DNA from: Octopus sinensis
Taxonomy: Eukaryota
NCBI RefSeq assembly: GCF_006345805.1
Contig: NC_043001.1
Coordinates: 52,886,001 to 52,950,000, forward strand
Length of the DNA stretch: 64,000 nucleotides
Direction: 5' to 3'
Notes under the pieces: model-generated
The model's database searches: none
What the model saw: only the letters and a program-made list of their open reading frames with translations
What the model was told of the DNA's origin: nothing
Part shown: one piece after another, positions 38,455 through 51,839 of the stretch
Layout: every line of letters starts with the position of its first letter
How positions within the stretch are numbered: position 1 is the first letter of the stretch
Made by a program: the position numbers and the translations under genes

Positions 38455-39656
38455 ATATATATATATGCATGTATGTATCTATGTGTCTATGCTGGTGTCT
38501 CTTTCTGGAAGTATATTAAGCACTTTCTTTTAAGAAATTGAAAATATCTACGATTTTAGAAATAACACCATCATGATAGCAGACCGCCGAAAAGTTTTGT
38601 AACAGAAATATAACTCAACATTTCGTAGAATTCAGCTAAATACAGTTAGACCTTTTATCCGTCAATTTCTCGATTCTTCAACTTGACGTATTTCTGTTGT
38701 AAAATTTAGCATTCTGTATCCATTTAACACATTTCAGATGTTACAGTACGTCATTGGAATATACTGTAAGGAAAACCAGTGAAGGCGACGCATCCATTCA
38801 TATTCTTTATGCTTGCTGGAAACTGCAGAAAGCTATTCTTATTTTTATTTCCGATAGCGTTTACTTTATCAGTTTACTGACGCCACCTAGAATCCCTTTA
38901 CGTGTTTAATCAAGCACTTTAATACTTTCTGAGCAGCTTATAAACACTTTGTGTGAGATATCCTGAAATGTATCATTAAAGAATGTCCAACTCATGCTGA
39001 ATGTCTGTTATTTGTTCAACCACACAAAGAAAAATATTTATTCGTTTCGATAGACTACAACTGATGCAGACGTTTTTCTATCATGTAGCTAAATATATTC
39101 ACCTTCATGGATGGCAATAATGAGTGTAAATCCATCTGTTTGGTCATGGATAGCGTAGTTTTATTAAACCTCATATTTTGCTATTGCTTCGTATATGAGA
39201 TTGCATTCCACTATCAATTTAAAGCTGATGAAATAGAATTAAGTATCTTAGTTGCTGTGTACAAGAAATCCCTGCTACAGAACTATATTCGGCACTGTAT
39301 TATTGATTCACTTAATCGAAATACACACTGACACACATATGCACGTGACCTTATATACAAATGAAAGCATACTTAGAAATGCTAATTAGTTCCATAATTG
39401 GACGTACATTTCAAGAAATCATATTCCGTTTTATCAGCTTTGGAATTTTGATACGTTATATCGAGAAGGCCAGTTCTTCCCCCCACATGTTCTACTATGA
39501 ATGTCTCCAGTGAATACAGAATTATCTGTACAACTACAATCGTTTCACGTGTTGCTGTATGTGAAATATCACCTGAATATATTTGTGCCATTAGTATGGT
39601 AAAAGGTTAATTGAGAGAGCGTATGATATATTTTGTCAGTGACAAAAGGGCTAAAC

Positions 39657-39709
<53 letters not shown>

Positions 39710-39710
39710 A

Positions 39711-39774
<64 letters not shown>

Positions 39775-42220
39775 TAGGTGACAAGAATAGATAAACCAGG
39801 TCAATGAATTTAGTAAAAAATAGTGTGTCTCGTTTATAAAACATGGTCGGATGATATTGTAGTTCGAATGTGGTTCGAATTAGGCCAGGTATGCTGCTCA
39901 GAAGTAAATGAACAACCAGGATGTCAACACACGTTAAAACACTTGTTTCAACTCCTGTGAGATTATTCAAAATGTTAATTCATTTCTGCACTAAAACTTT
40001 TATTTATCAAGCCACCGCACACACCAACCATCATGTTTTCTTTCAGTTACCAGTCCTTCTGAAAGTGGTCGTTCCAATTGCTTTCACAGACCAAACAAAG
40101 AGACTGTATTCTATTCTTTCACTGCCAAAAGTCGGTGACTTCTCCAACGTATAAATGTTCATTTGCTCAGCCTTCTGAGGAAGAAGAATTGGGAATAGAA
40201 GTTATTTCGGCCCCCATTGGGTTTGAAAATAATTTAGATCGTGATAAGTAAATACATTGTGCGTGATGTAGGTGCAATCATCTCTGTAGCGTTAGAGTCA
40301 TTATAGTGTGTGCTGAAAAGACAGTAACCTGTTTGGTAGAGAATGGATTGTATCAGTGAGTGACTTACACCAATCAGTCATGTGGACGTTTTCTTATACA
40401 CAGTCTACCATGTCACTGTGTGTACGGCAGCATTGTCTCAGACGTGTAGCTATACTCCATTTTTGCTCTACTTGATTTTCTTAGATTGTCAGTATTTGAT
40501 TGGTTTGCAATATTCTCTGCACCAGAAGAGAAAACCAGTCGTTGTGAAATAAGGTCCAGTATTTTGTTTGATTGCGAAAGGTCTAATATTTTGTTTGACG
40601 TGTATAATAATGGAAGTGCAGATTCTGTTTGTTTTCTTTGCTTTTAAGTCATTATTTCCATGGTTCTCTTGATAGATTCTTCCAAGTCTCCTTTTAGGGA
40701 ATCAGTTAAGTGAAGATTTGACGTGTGGTGTATACGTTACGTATGGATGATGCTAGGCTGAGGACGGTTCTTTAGGACTGAAGTGACGTAACTGATACGC
40801 AAGTACAAGCCATGCATGTTGACTACAAATGGAAGTTTTCTTGTGAGAACTTTGCCAAACCAATTGCTTTTTTTCGAAATCAACAAGGTTCCGATCATAT
40901 ATGTCACGCGGACTTTCTACTAGAAGTATCTGCCTGTGTGCTACATTCGTCTCCGACATCTTCTTGCCTGTAGCATCATACCTTATCATATCACATCACA
41001 CAAAAAGCATCGCGGCATTTGTTTATGGTGTGCTTTCTATCCCTTATATTATGAACATCAATGAACTCCATAGTTTCGTTTGTCACTGTCACACGTCTCT
41101 ACAGTAGTAATTTGCTGACAGTCACATCTAAAAACACCCATTCTCACACTTGTGAGGATACATTTCATTATTCCCAATCTTCACTAACTTTGCATCGTTC
41201 ACTCGTTAAATCTGCGCTGCTTCTTTGTAGAAAGAACACAAAAATATTATTCGGCAGAAATATACTAGTTTTGTCTCTTTAAATGTTGAGAAAACACAAC
41301 TGCCATTTATATCAAGCGAAATTCATACACTGAGCAAGAGGAATTTTAAGATGTGGTAGCGAAAACCTCGGCGTCGATTTTTCCAGATCTTTTTCAAAGT
41401 CTTTCATAGGAGTAGTCGAGATATATAAGATACAGCCTTAGCTACTAGGATGCAACTGGTGTACAATATGCATTTACACGTAGAGTAGACTAACACAATA
41501 GCTATTACTCCGTAACCTTCTTTATAGAAGTCAGGCTTACTTATCCGCAATGCTTGCTCACGCAAGTGATATGTGACAGCTATTATTTAGCTTATCTCTC
41601 ATTAAATACATTTATTGCATTTATTTACAGAATTTTGTCGAGGTGGCCAGTTATAAGTTTTCTCGGTATCTATTGATATTTCGTTACTATATTTATGGAT
41701 TATTTCTCTTTATCTTAGTACAAAATATTGGAAAATTAAATTACATACATGTAATTAAATTACATATATGATTCATCAATATATTTTACAACGAGAATGA
41801 AAAATATAGTCTTCAAGATACTGTTATGTTCTTCAAATATTCAAACTCTCCTAATATTTTCTAAAGCGGCTGTACCATCTGGAAAGTAGCAGTTGAATAA
41901 ATGGTAAGATACTAACATTTTCCGAATGGATGAATAAAAAACAAACATGACTGTATATAACTTCAACGATGTAAAACACAGTTTGACACTTAGGTAGCTG
42001 TTAGTCTATGTACTGACACTCCCGTACACAAGAAATATTACAGACTGTGTGGCACTCATTGATATCAGGTAAAATGTGTTTGTTTTTTTTTTTATCTCTG
42101 GTCAATCTTGTGTATCTTATATTTCAGAATTTTATAAACAAGAATTTGTTAGTTTTAGCGCCTGACAAAGGTTTTGGATAGCTAGAATACAGCAATAATT
42201 TTGAAAACAAGTAATCATTA

Positions 42221-42386
42221 TAGGCGCAGGAGTGGTTGCGTGGTAAGTAGCTTGCTTACCAACTACATGGTTCCGGGTTCAGTCTCACTGGGTGGCACCT
42301 TGGTCAAGTGTCTTCTACTGTAGGCTCGGGCCGACCAAAGCCTTGTAAGTGGATTTGGTATACGGAAACTGAAAGAAGCCCGTCGT
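42221..42386 (+). mobile_element. tRNA-derived SINE, 5' half
   Basis: TAGGCGCAGGAGTGGTTGCGTGGTAAGTAGC...CCGGGTTCAGTCTC (A and B boxes) and ends GAAAGAAGCCCGTCG before (TA)n. Confidence 0.85.
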
Positions 42387-42979
42387 ATATATATATATAT
42401 ATTATATATGTGTGTGTGTGTGTGTGTGTATGTTTGTAGAAAAGGGAATTTTATTTGAACTAATCATACTATAATGGACGTAATGTATGTCTGTCTGTAC
42501 GCTCCTGACTGTCAAACGGCTAGATCAATGGTCATGATGTTTTATGGGATTACCAAAGAGGTAATCAGGCAGGTTTTTAGAGAAAAAAGATGCGAAGAAC
42601 TATGATTATTCAGTGGACATTGAGGGTAATATTTCAGTTTTCGGGAGTGCAAATAAGTGATTAAAAATTAAGGGGAGATAACTCCTAATGAAAGAAGTGA
42701 ATGGAAGTAAATCAACATACTTCTCACTTGAATTACGCCATAAGCTATATTAAGGAATGATTGTGATGGCTTTGGGTCATCTTTAATCGGTGTATGACTA
42801 TTATGAACTTTGTCAATAACGATTCTATGCATAAAGTTGTGTAATGCTTTATTAAATTTACCTTCATTACACGCCATTATGACCTGGAAACGGAAATCAG
42901 AAATTGGTAGGACTGCCAGGAAAGCTGCCGCTATAAAAAGGTTCGAGATTGCCAGCCGCCTCAACATGAATATAACGAA

Positions 42980-44370
42980 ACCAGTCAACTGAAGCCGAAG
43001 ATTATCCCAGAAGAATGTAACTATGACACGGTGAGTCTTCGAATAGTGTCTACTGATGTCGACAATGCTCTAAATACTGACCAAAAGGACGACTTTGATA
43101 TGGTTCTAAACTCAGTTTTACAACAACAGGAAAATAAGGTTTCCGCCTTGAGCCCGACTGGTGAAACTACCTAAAGATATCTTACCATAACGACATAGAT
43201 TTTCAACGTTCTGACAAAAAAATCGTACTCGCCACAGCTCTATCTGGGATTGCGGGATCATTGCTGCACAATGGTCGGACATTTCATTCTCAGTTCAAAG
43301 TACCCATAAATATAAAACCACAGACCTACTGTAATGTGTCATCTCAGGATGCAGCTGCGCAACTTTTCATAAGGACCAGTCTAATAATAGTCGATGAAGT
43401 CAGTCAAGGTGACAAGCTCATAAACGAATGCTTGGATGTTCCCTACGCAATATCAAAGCGAACGAATCCCTGTTTGGAGAAGTATGTGTCATTTTTGTAG
43501 GCGACTGGAAGAAGGTTCCACCTGTTGATAAATATGGTAGTGGAGCCTTGAAAACATCGTACATCTGGAGTTCTGTGACGGAGTCGAGTCTAAAGAAAAA
43601 CATGAGAGTACGAAATTCTTCAGATGCAACTTCTGCTGTCAAATGTAGCGACATCGGTTCCGGTCAGTATTCGATCTCTGACTCACTGAGGAATGTGGTT
43701 CGAATTAGGCCAGGTTTTGTACTTGAAACTTCATCTATTACCGAAATATGCAAATTTGTCTTTAATGATTTAAGTAAAAACTACAAAATTGCATCATGGC
43801 TGTGTTCGCGAGCTGTCATTTCCTCAACCAATGAAGTGGTAAATAATGTGAATGAGCACATAATTCACAACTTTCATGAGGAAAGTCGAGAGTACTGTAG
43901 TTTGAATACAATAGATGAGGAAAACTACCACCAGTACCCACAAGATTTCTTGAACAACTTACATCCGTCGGCATTGCCACTACATAAAATTAAATTGGAA
44001 ACAAAACTGTCCGATAATGCCCCTTAAGAAATTTGATCCAGCCAATGGACACTGGAATGGAACAAGATACACGGTAGCAGAAATAAATTCTAATATTATC
44101 GAAGCAGTGATTGCAACTAGTCCCCACAATGGTAAACACCCGTTCATTCTGCGGATACCCCTTATGCCAACCGATAACCTATTTCCGTTCCGATAAAGAG
44201 GTAGGCAATATCCTATAAAACTGGCATTCTCATTCACAGCAAACAAGACACGGGATCAGATTCTAGATCTTGTTGGTGTATTTTTACCCACTCTAATGTT
44301 TACACACGGTCAGTTATATGTCGCTATGAGTAGAACAACACAAAATATCGTCTACAAAGAAGTTTTGTAA
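42980..44370 (+). mobile_element. Decayed Helitron RepHel Pif1 helicase domain
   Basis: LN.DQK, a degenerate Walker A, VLATALSGIA..LL.NGRTFHSQFKVP, IIVDEVS, FVGDW..VPPV, WLCSRAVIS.TN, YPQDFLN.L.PS.LP.H and NIVYKEVL*. Confidence 0.9.
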
Positions 44371-45491
44371 TTATATTGAAATTAAATTCATCTATACATA
44401 CTGCAGTAATAACCCCCCCCCCACTCATTTTATACCACCATCGTAAATGAGTAGATTTGGTAGAAATATCAATCGATAAAATATCAAGAAAATTTTCTCA
44501 GAAAATATATAAAGTAGAAGTGTAAAATCTAAGCTTACATTATAATTATTTTTCTGTATTTTTCAGTATACTCTTAAGAATTTGAATTCGAACCAATGCT
44601 TTTTTCCATGGGGCGGGGCCAAGAGTTGTTAGATGCGTCAGTTGTGATTAACATTCTTGAAGCAACTAAAGCCATTTTCATTTTCAAATTGTATTCGATT
44701 TATGTGACTATATTTGATTTAATTATTCATAAAACCGAAAGAGTCAGATGACGTTGTTAGTAAAAAGGAAGCCTCACTGTGCGTTTTATTCTTGATTTTG
44801 AATCTCTATAACATTCAGCCATTAAGTAACTGAGATACGGTCAACAATATCCGCTACTTAGAGCTTGCTACTTAGCGGTGAAAATATAATTGGCAATGGT
44901 CCACAATGGAGTTGAGCAGAAGCTATGACACAGCAGGACACATCAAAACTAAAGAATTGCGTTAGCTTTCAAAAGCTCTCCGTCACTTCCATACCATTTA
45001 GTGATTACTTCGGTTCTATTCTACCTATCAAAGGAATCATTAATGACCTCTTTCAGAAGAAGAAGAAGAAATGCCAAATCATCAAATTAGCTATTATAAT
45101 TTGTATAATATAATTTCTATTTCAAAGATAGATATTCTCCAGAGAATATGGCTGGAAGTACGTTTAAATAAATTACTGATTTCTACTAATTAAAGCCTCA
45201 CTATCTCTCTCTTTCTCTCTCTCATTTTCTTTCCCTCTTGCCCACACACAAACACTTATTGATATATTGTATAGAAATACACACAAATGCATATTCTATA
45301 TATATTTGTGAGTATATGTATTTACACATACATGCACACATAGAGAGAAACACAAACACACACACACACACACAATCACACGTATTTATGTATGCATGTA
45401 TATATCTATGTATAAGCGCAGATTTGTATGATTTATTTTATGTATGTATTCTCATGCATATAGCTGCATAACTACGCATGCTCATATATAT

Positions 45492-45893
45492 TTAAATGAT
45501 AAACTTCTGGAAAGTTTTACAGATTGTTACAATTTCAGTAGTGGATTGGATCTGTATTTCTTGAATTAGAGTTCTCCTTTCTGGTTTTGAAAAGTTGAAT
45601 TTCTCAAGATTGGTATTCAGGCAGTGTGTTACATGTCTCAGGACCCCAATAATTACAGGTGTAAACCTGAACTTGTAATCTAGATAGAGTAACTGCAGAT
45701 TTCTCAATAGTTCAGCGTAGATACTCTCTTTCTCACTCATCTTCACCTTTATGTGAAGCTAATTTCCACAACTGTGCACACTTTCTCTTCATCTTCAATC
45801 ATTTTATCAGGCTTGTTGTGCTTAAATTTTATTGATGTCTTCACTGGGACATTCCAACAGTGCTTCTTTTTATTATGAGTGGTCATGGCTTCT
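45492..45893 (-). mobile_element. R4-like LINE C-terminus (restriction-like endonuclease), a distinct lineage
   Basis: WNVPVKT..KF.HNKPD...CTVVEIS...SEKESIYAELLRNLQLLY.DYKF..TPVIIG, i.e. PD..E..K endonuclease spacing. Confidence 0.7.
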
Positions 45894-46069
45894 ACCATAC
45901 TGTGGGCTCTTACTCACCTGTAACTAAGTAGGCGATAATATTAGCTTGCATCAACATTCAAGAAGATAGATGTATTCATACATGTATATGTATACACACA
46001 CACACATACGTACATCCATATATACATAAATGGATAGATAGGTACATATATACACACACACATACACAC

Positions 46070-46209
46070 TAGGAGCAGACGTGGATGTGTGGTAGGCAGC
46101 TTGCTTCCCAAACTGCGTGACGCCTTCCGCAGTTATCTTCTACTATACACTCGGACGAATTAAATCATTGTGTGTGGACATGGTAGACGGACACTGAAAT
46201 AATCCCGTC
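46070..46209 (+). mobile_element. tRNA-derived SINE (42221 family), decayed and deleted
   Basis: TAGGAGCAGACGTGGATGTGTGGTAGGCAGCTTGCTTCCCAA...GGTAGACGGACACTGAAATAATCCCGTC. Confidence 0.7.
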
Positions 46210-46898
46210 ATCTATATATAAAACTGAAATGCGTTTTTACCGCTTGGTTCGCTTTCAATGCCACTACATCCCGTCCGATTCGCTCCAAAATTTACAGGGA
46301 CATGTACAATGAGGTGACGATGCGCGTGGGCTACCTTAGAAATCCATATCTTAAAAGCTGTGGTTTCTAGGTGGCCATCTTCCTACCTCACCCTATTTCC
46401 TCCAGTACTCTGTCACTCCTCTTCATTTATAACTTTCAGAATGCCACTACGGTTATTTAAAGTATCTGTCACTATCGCTATTTCCTTTCTTTTTCACTGA
46501 CTCTGTTTCCTACCTTCCTATCACTTCGGCGGCGTTCTTTGAAGTATATGTCTGTCACCAACAATCAACACACGAGCATGAGAACAAATATTATGAATCA
46601 GATATTCTTGCGTTCATTTATATGTGTGTGTGTGTGTTCTATATATATATGTATATATAATGTATGTGTGTGTGTGTTCTATATATAAATATGTATATAT
46701 AATGTATGTGTGTGTGTGTTCTATATATAAATATGTATATATAATGTATATATACAAAGTGTATATATCTGTATTTATGTATATTAAACTTTTTCATACT
46801 TTTTCATAGTTATATATATTTTTAAACAAATTATAAATATAATTTCATAATTTTTATTTTCAATTTAAATAATTTAAAGTTTTCAATTTTATATTTTA

Positions 46899-47399
46899 CT
46901 AGCAGTATCGCCCGGCGTTGCTCGGGTTTGTAAGGGAAATAACTATATAAGCATTTTTAGTGAGTTATAGCAAAAAAATAGCAAAAAATGCATTAAAGAT
47001 GGAATAAAAAATGATAGTAATTTCTTTTTTAAATCGTTGACTCATCGTAGACATTTTTACAGAGTTACTTCCCTTATATAATAGCGAAAAATGCATTAAA
47101 ATGGAATAAAAAAATGATGGTAATTTTTTTTTTAATCGTTGACTCATCGTAGACATTTTTAGAGAGTTACTTCCCTTATATAATAGCGAAAAATGCATTA
47201 AAATGGAATAAAAAATTATGGTAAATTTTTTTTTAAATCGTAGACTCATCGTAGACGCGCGCTAATACCCAGAAGGGCTCGATATGAATCACGACTATAA
47301 GACAACCGGTTTTGGTTACACTGCACCGCAAAATGTGGGAGTAGTTAGGAATCTAAATCGTAGGAGACAGACACACAACCTTACTTTTATATATAAAGA
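46899..47399 (-). mobile_element. Complete 501-bp non-autonomous Helitron with ~102-bp internal tandem units
   Basis: Minus 5' end A|TCTTTATATATAAAAG and 3' end CCCGAGCAACGCCGGG-CGATACTGCTAG|T. Tandem units start at 46981, 47084 and 47186. Confidence 0.9.
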
Positions 47400-47912
47400 T
47401 TTGTGCAACAACTAAAACATTCGGTTGTGCAAATTGTTTGCACAGGAAACCTGGCCTGTGTGGTGGTTTTTGCCGTTTTTGTGGATCTGTTTCAGCTTTT
47501 TTAGCGATTTCTGTTTTGGCGACTTCAAGCCATGAAGTCGTTGTTCTAAAAGAACGCTGGTCTCCTTCACAACGCATTACGACGTTGATTTCTTTACACT
47601 CCCTTCCCCACAGCTTCACGAGGGTGGGAAGAAGGGGGAGAAGCAACACAGGTGCAGGCGTGAGCGTGGACGCCAACTCCGCCGCCATCGACACACGAAA
47701 AAATATGCATTAAAATGGAATAAAAAATGATGTTAAAATATTTTAAAAATCGTACACTCATCGTAGACGCGCGCTAATACCCAGACGGGCTCGATATGAA
47801 TCACGACTATAAGATACCCGAATTTGGTTAAACTGCACCGCAAAATTTGGCAGTAAGGAATCTAAATCGAAGGGGACAGACACTCACACAACTACAGTTT
47901 TATATATATAGA
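47400..47912 (-). mobile_element. Second 5' portion of the same Helitron family, without its own 3' end
   Basis: 47695-47912 repeats 47190-47399 and ends at A|TCTATATATATAAAAC on the minus strand. Confidence 0.8.
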
Positions 47913-48904
47913 TATATTTTCTATGTTATATTTTCTTTTTTTATGTTTTTGTTTTTGGTTTTTCACTGTTTGATTTGCCTATTAGTGGTTTTATCTCTAA
48001 TTTAATTTATACAGATATATATCTCATTTGTATACATTTGTATATATAATGCGTGCACACACACACATATATACATATACACATATATATATGTGTGCAT
48101 TACGTAGTCGGTCGATTCACCTGAAAATATGCACACCTATGTTAAAGGTGCTGACAAGTTTGCATCACAACTATTTTGTTCCTCAAATGAAAGGCGTCAC
48201 CTCTAGGACAAAATTCCTCATCTTTTAAAATGTGGCCCCAGTACACCCGAATGAAATCGGGTTATATTAACCAAAATGTGAAAAGGGGTCTAAATGGGGC
48301 TGGAAGGGGATTAAAATTTCAAAGAGCGGGTGTTTAGGAATTCTCTGTTGCATCAAGCTAAAAAATTTGTGCCAGCCTTTTAATCGTCAATGTGTTGCCG
48401 TCCATGATAAAGAAGTTTTGAATGCTTGCCATGGTGAGTCTACTGTCGTGAGAAAGAATCACTTCAAAAATTGGTGTTTACGAATTTTCTTTTACATCAA
48501 GTTCCAAATTTTACGCCAGCCGTTAAACTGTCACTACGTTGCTGTCCGTCGTTAACAAATGCCAGCCATGGTGACTCTACTATCCTCAGATTCTATCCCT
48601 TCAAACTTTGGCTTCCAATATTTTATTATTTTTCTTCAGCTCGCAAGTTCGTCTGTCCCTTTTGAATGTTAGCGTTTTGCTGTCTGCCTTGAAGCAGACC
48701 TTTCCATTGCCACTGCCTCATATTTCTGATTGATCTTTCTAAATATTTTATTTCTCAACTTACTCAAGATCTTCTGTTGTTTATAATGGGAGAGAGATAG
48801 ATAAAGATAGAGAGTAAGAGAAAGCGAGGGAGAGTCAGAGAGAAAAGAAAAGTAAGAGAGTGGGAAAGTGAGAGAGAAAGGAGAGAGAAACAAATACGGA
48901 GAGA

Positions 48905-49180
48905 AACAAATACGGGTTGGGCAGTGTGACCGGGTCTCGGAAGCCAGGAGGCTGCACCAGGCTCCAGTCTGATCTGGCAGTGTTTCTACAGGTGGATGAC
49001 CTTCCTAACGCCAACCACACTGTGAGTGTAGTGAGTGCTTTTTTCGTGCCGACGGCACTGGTGCCAGGTGGGCTCGCAGTGGCAACGATCGGTTGGTGCT
49101 TTTTACGTGCCACCAGCACAGAAGCAAGTCAAGGCGGTGCTGCAATCGGCCACGTTCGGATGGTGCTTTTTACGTGCTGA
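48905..49180 (+). mobile_element. Short retroelement with an RTE-type 3' segment and three GTGCTTTTTACGTGCC repeats
   Basis: GTTTCTACAGGTGGATGACCTTCCTAACGCCAACC resembles RTE-related 3' tails (recall). Three internal repeats lie at 49035-49180. Confidence 0.45.
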
Positions 49181-49213
49181 AAGGAAGCAACAGAAAGTAA
49201 CACCCACACTCTT

Positions 49214-49244
49214 ACCCGCGCGTAGAGCGGGTCACCTTCAGCTA

Positions 49245-49245
<1 letters not shown>
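49214..49245 (+). mobile_element. Orphan Helitron 3' terminus
   Basis: The hairpin ACCCGC-GCGTAGA-GCGGGT is followed by CACCTTCAGCTAG|T. Confidence 0.7.
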
Positions 49246-49276
<31 letters not shown>

Positions 49277-49399
49277 CGAGCAAAATAGCTAGTTCAAACA
49301 TCTCTAAACGAGATATAAGGAAAACAATAATACTCGGTAACCAGAGAACAATATGAATTTTATGTCTTTACCCTGCATCGGTACTGGACACTTGCCTGC

Positions 49400-49985
49400 T
49401 ACAGATTCTAGAACAAGCTATTTTGCTCGTTGCGAGATCAGCGGCTGTCTGCCGCTTTTATATTTATATATTTTGAGTAGGGACTATTGACTGCCATCAC
49501 TAACAAGTAGGTGTTCAGTACCGATGAAGAGTAAAGACCTAGAAACTATGGTCTAATGTTCTGGCCAAGTTGAAGGGAGGTGATTCGCCCCCTTATAATA
49601 TATTAGACACATGTCGTTTGTCGTTAACCAGCTGGAAAAGACGGCTTCCTGAGGCTAAAATGTAGTAACATTGTTCGTTATAGAACAACCATGTTATAGT
49701 GGCAAAAACACTCGTTACTGTCTAGTATTGATACTAATATCTCATTTGGAGATTTTAGAACTAGCTATCTTATTTGTTACGAGATCAGCGCCTTTCTGCT
49801 GCTTCTCTGTTTATATATTGTAAGTAGGGATGTTTCATTGCCATCTCTAGCAGGTAAAGGGGAGTGATTCATTCCCGCATTCACAATATAATTGGCACAG
49901 GGTACCAAGTGGGAAAGACATTTCCTAGAGGTTAAAATATAGTAACAGTCTTTTACACAACAGCCATATTATAGTGGAAAAAAAA
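49400..49985 (+). repeat. Two decayed tandem copies of the 25359/56285 HHR-family repeat
   Basis: GATT.TAGAAC.AGCTAT...GTT.CGAGATCAGCG occurs at about 49403 and 49750. The tail GGAAAAGACGGCTTCCTGAGGCTAAAA matches 25704-25744, and a decayed HHR lies at 49516-49558. Confidence 0.6.
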
Positions 49986-50164
49986 GACGATACTATACAT
50001 ATATATAATTATCCGAAGTGTACAGTATTATATATGTATGTATATATCTATGTGTATGTGTCTGTGTCCCTCACCCCATTAACAACTTAACAACCGGTGT
50101 TCGTGTGTTTACGTCCCCGTAACTTAGCGGTCCGGCAAAACAGTCAGAATACAAGTAACAGGAA

Positions 50165-51075
50165 ACATACTCCGTGGAACAAGCCCATTGCAGTTCAGGC
50201 TTCCGCCGCAAGAAATCAGTTCACGTCAACCACTGGCATCAGTCTACAGACCGGCATTGTCGCCTACTATCGTGCTACCATGTGGTGTGTCTTAGTTTTG
50301 CAGCACTTCTTCCAGTTCGTCGAAGTTTGCGATGGCTGAAATGAAAGAACAGCGTGCTTCTGTGAAATTCTCTTTTCTGATGGGGAAAATGTCGGTCAAA
50401 ACAATTGTCATGCTTCATACAGCTTACAAAGATGGAGCCACGAGCAAAACACAAGTTTACGAGCAGTTTTCACACGTTAGGAATAGTCACTTGTCACTTG
50501 AAGACCAACCTCGTTCAGAGTGAACTTCGACCTCCCAAAGGAATAAGTCACAAACACCCATGACCTGATCTTAGACGACCGTTACCAAACAATTGACAAA
50601 TTTGTTGATAGGACTGATGTGTCCTGCAGCTCCTGCCAATTGATTTTGATCGAAGAATTTCAAAGGAAAAGAATTGAAACAAAAATTGTGCCTCGCTTTC
50701 TCAAGGTAGATCAAAAGCAGTCCCGACTGAATACGTAACTTGAACTGCAAGAACAGTTGGAAATTCATCTTGACATTATTTCGATGTTATCACTGATGAC
50801 AAAAGGTGGTGTTATGGCTACACCTTGGTCAAAACTGCTAAACCAGTAATTTTTATTAGCGATTCTGAAAACTCTGTGAGATTCAGTGAAACGGAAAAGA
50901 CCTAACCTATAAGAAAGTGAAGCGTGGTGTTAGCAAACATCGCATGACCTCGCTTACCCACATTCCCTATTCACCTGACCTTCCCCACTGAGACTGTTTG
51001 TTGTTGCCCTGAATGAAAAAATTCTGAAAGGAATGTGTTTTGCAGATGTCGAAGAGGTGAAGAAAAGAACGACGT
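50165..51075 (+). mobile_element. Decayed, internally deleted mariner
   Basis: MAEMKEQRASVKFSF...LSLEDQPRS, ITDDK.WCYGY and PYSPDL...D...P.MK..LKG..FADVEEVKK. Confidence 0.85.
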
Positions 51076-51184
51076 ATGTATAAGTACACACACACGCGCA
51101 AAAACACATACATACATAGCACACACATACACACACACACACACACACGTACACACACACACGTACACACACACACACACACGT

Positions 51185-51219
<35 letters not shown>

Positions 51220-51407
51220 CAGACACATCGGTCTGTATGAATGTGTGTTTCTTAATAGTTATATATATGTACAAGAATATGAAAAATTAACAACACAATA
51301 TATTTGAAGACTAGACAAAGCACGTCTCCAGAAACGAAAAATAATTGCTCACCTGTTGCCGAGTGACGTGATAGTAAACAGGTAAATAGATAATTAAGAA
51401 ATGTTGA

Positions 51408-51526
<119 letters not shown>

Positions 51527-51535
51527 CATATACAT

Positions 51536-51575
<40 letters not shown>

Positions 51576-51697
51576 ATATATATATATATAATATATATAT
51601 ATATAAAATATTATTTGAGACAAAACCACTATTTTGCAAAACAAACAAGGAAAGACTTAATCAATACATAAAATTTAATAAATAGTCAAAAAAACCG

Positions 51698-51740
51698 CCA
51701 CTACAATCGTTTCTTGTCTTGATCGACAATCTTCAGGTGG
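51698..51740 (-). ncRNA. Candidate minimal hammerhead ribozyme in the left inverted repeat
   Basis: Exact reverse complement of 55651-55693. Confidence 0.7.
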
Positions 51741-51839
51741 ACTTCCAATCTAAAAAATCAAAATTTTAAAATATAAAAATAATACTTTTAAATAATTAAA
51801 GTATAAATGAAAAAATATAAGTATATAATCCATATATAA

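Noticed and set aside
39950-40900. Possible decayed CR1/L2 RT on the minus strand
   Set aside because: Only FFLRRL and RIEYSLFVW resemble RT C-terminal motifs, and no core RT motif could be recovered.
46965-47260. CRISPR-like array
   Set aside because: The units are ~102-bp near-identical tandem repeats with no unique spacers, lie inside a Helitron, and have no cas genes in a eukaryotic context.
48140-48790. Possible DNA transposon (hAT-like) relic
   Set aside because: No TIR pair or catalytic motif could be identified with confidence.
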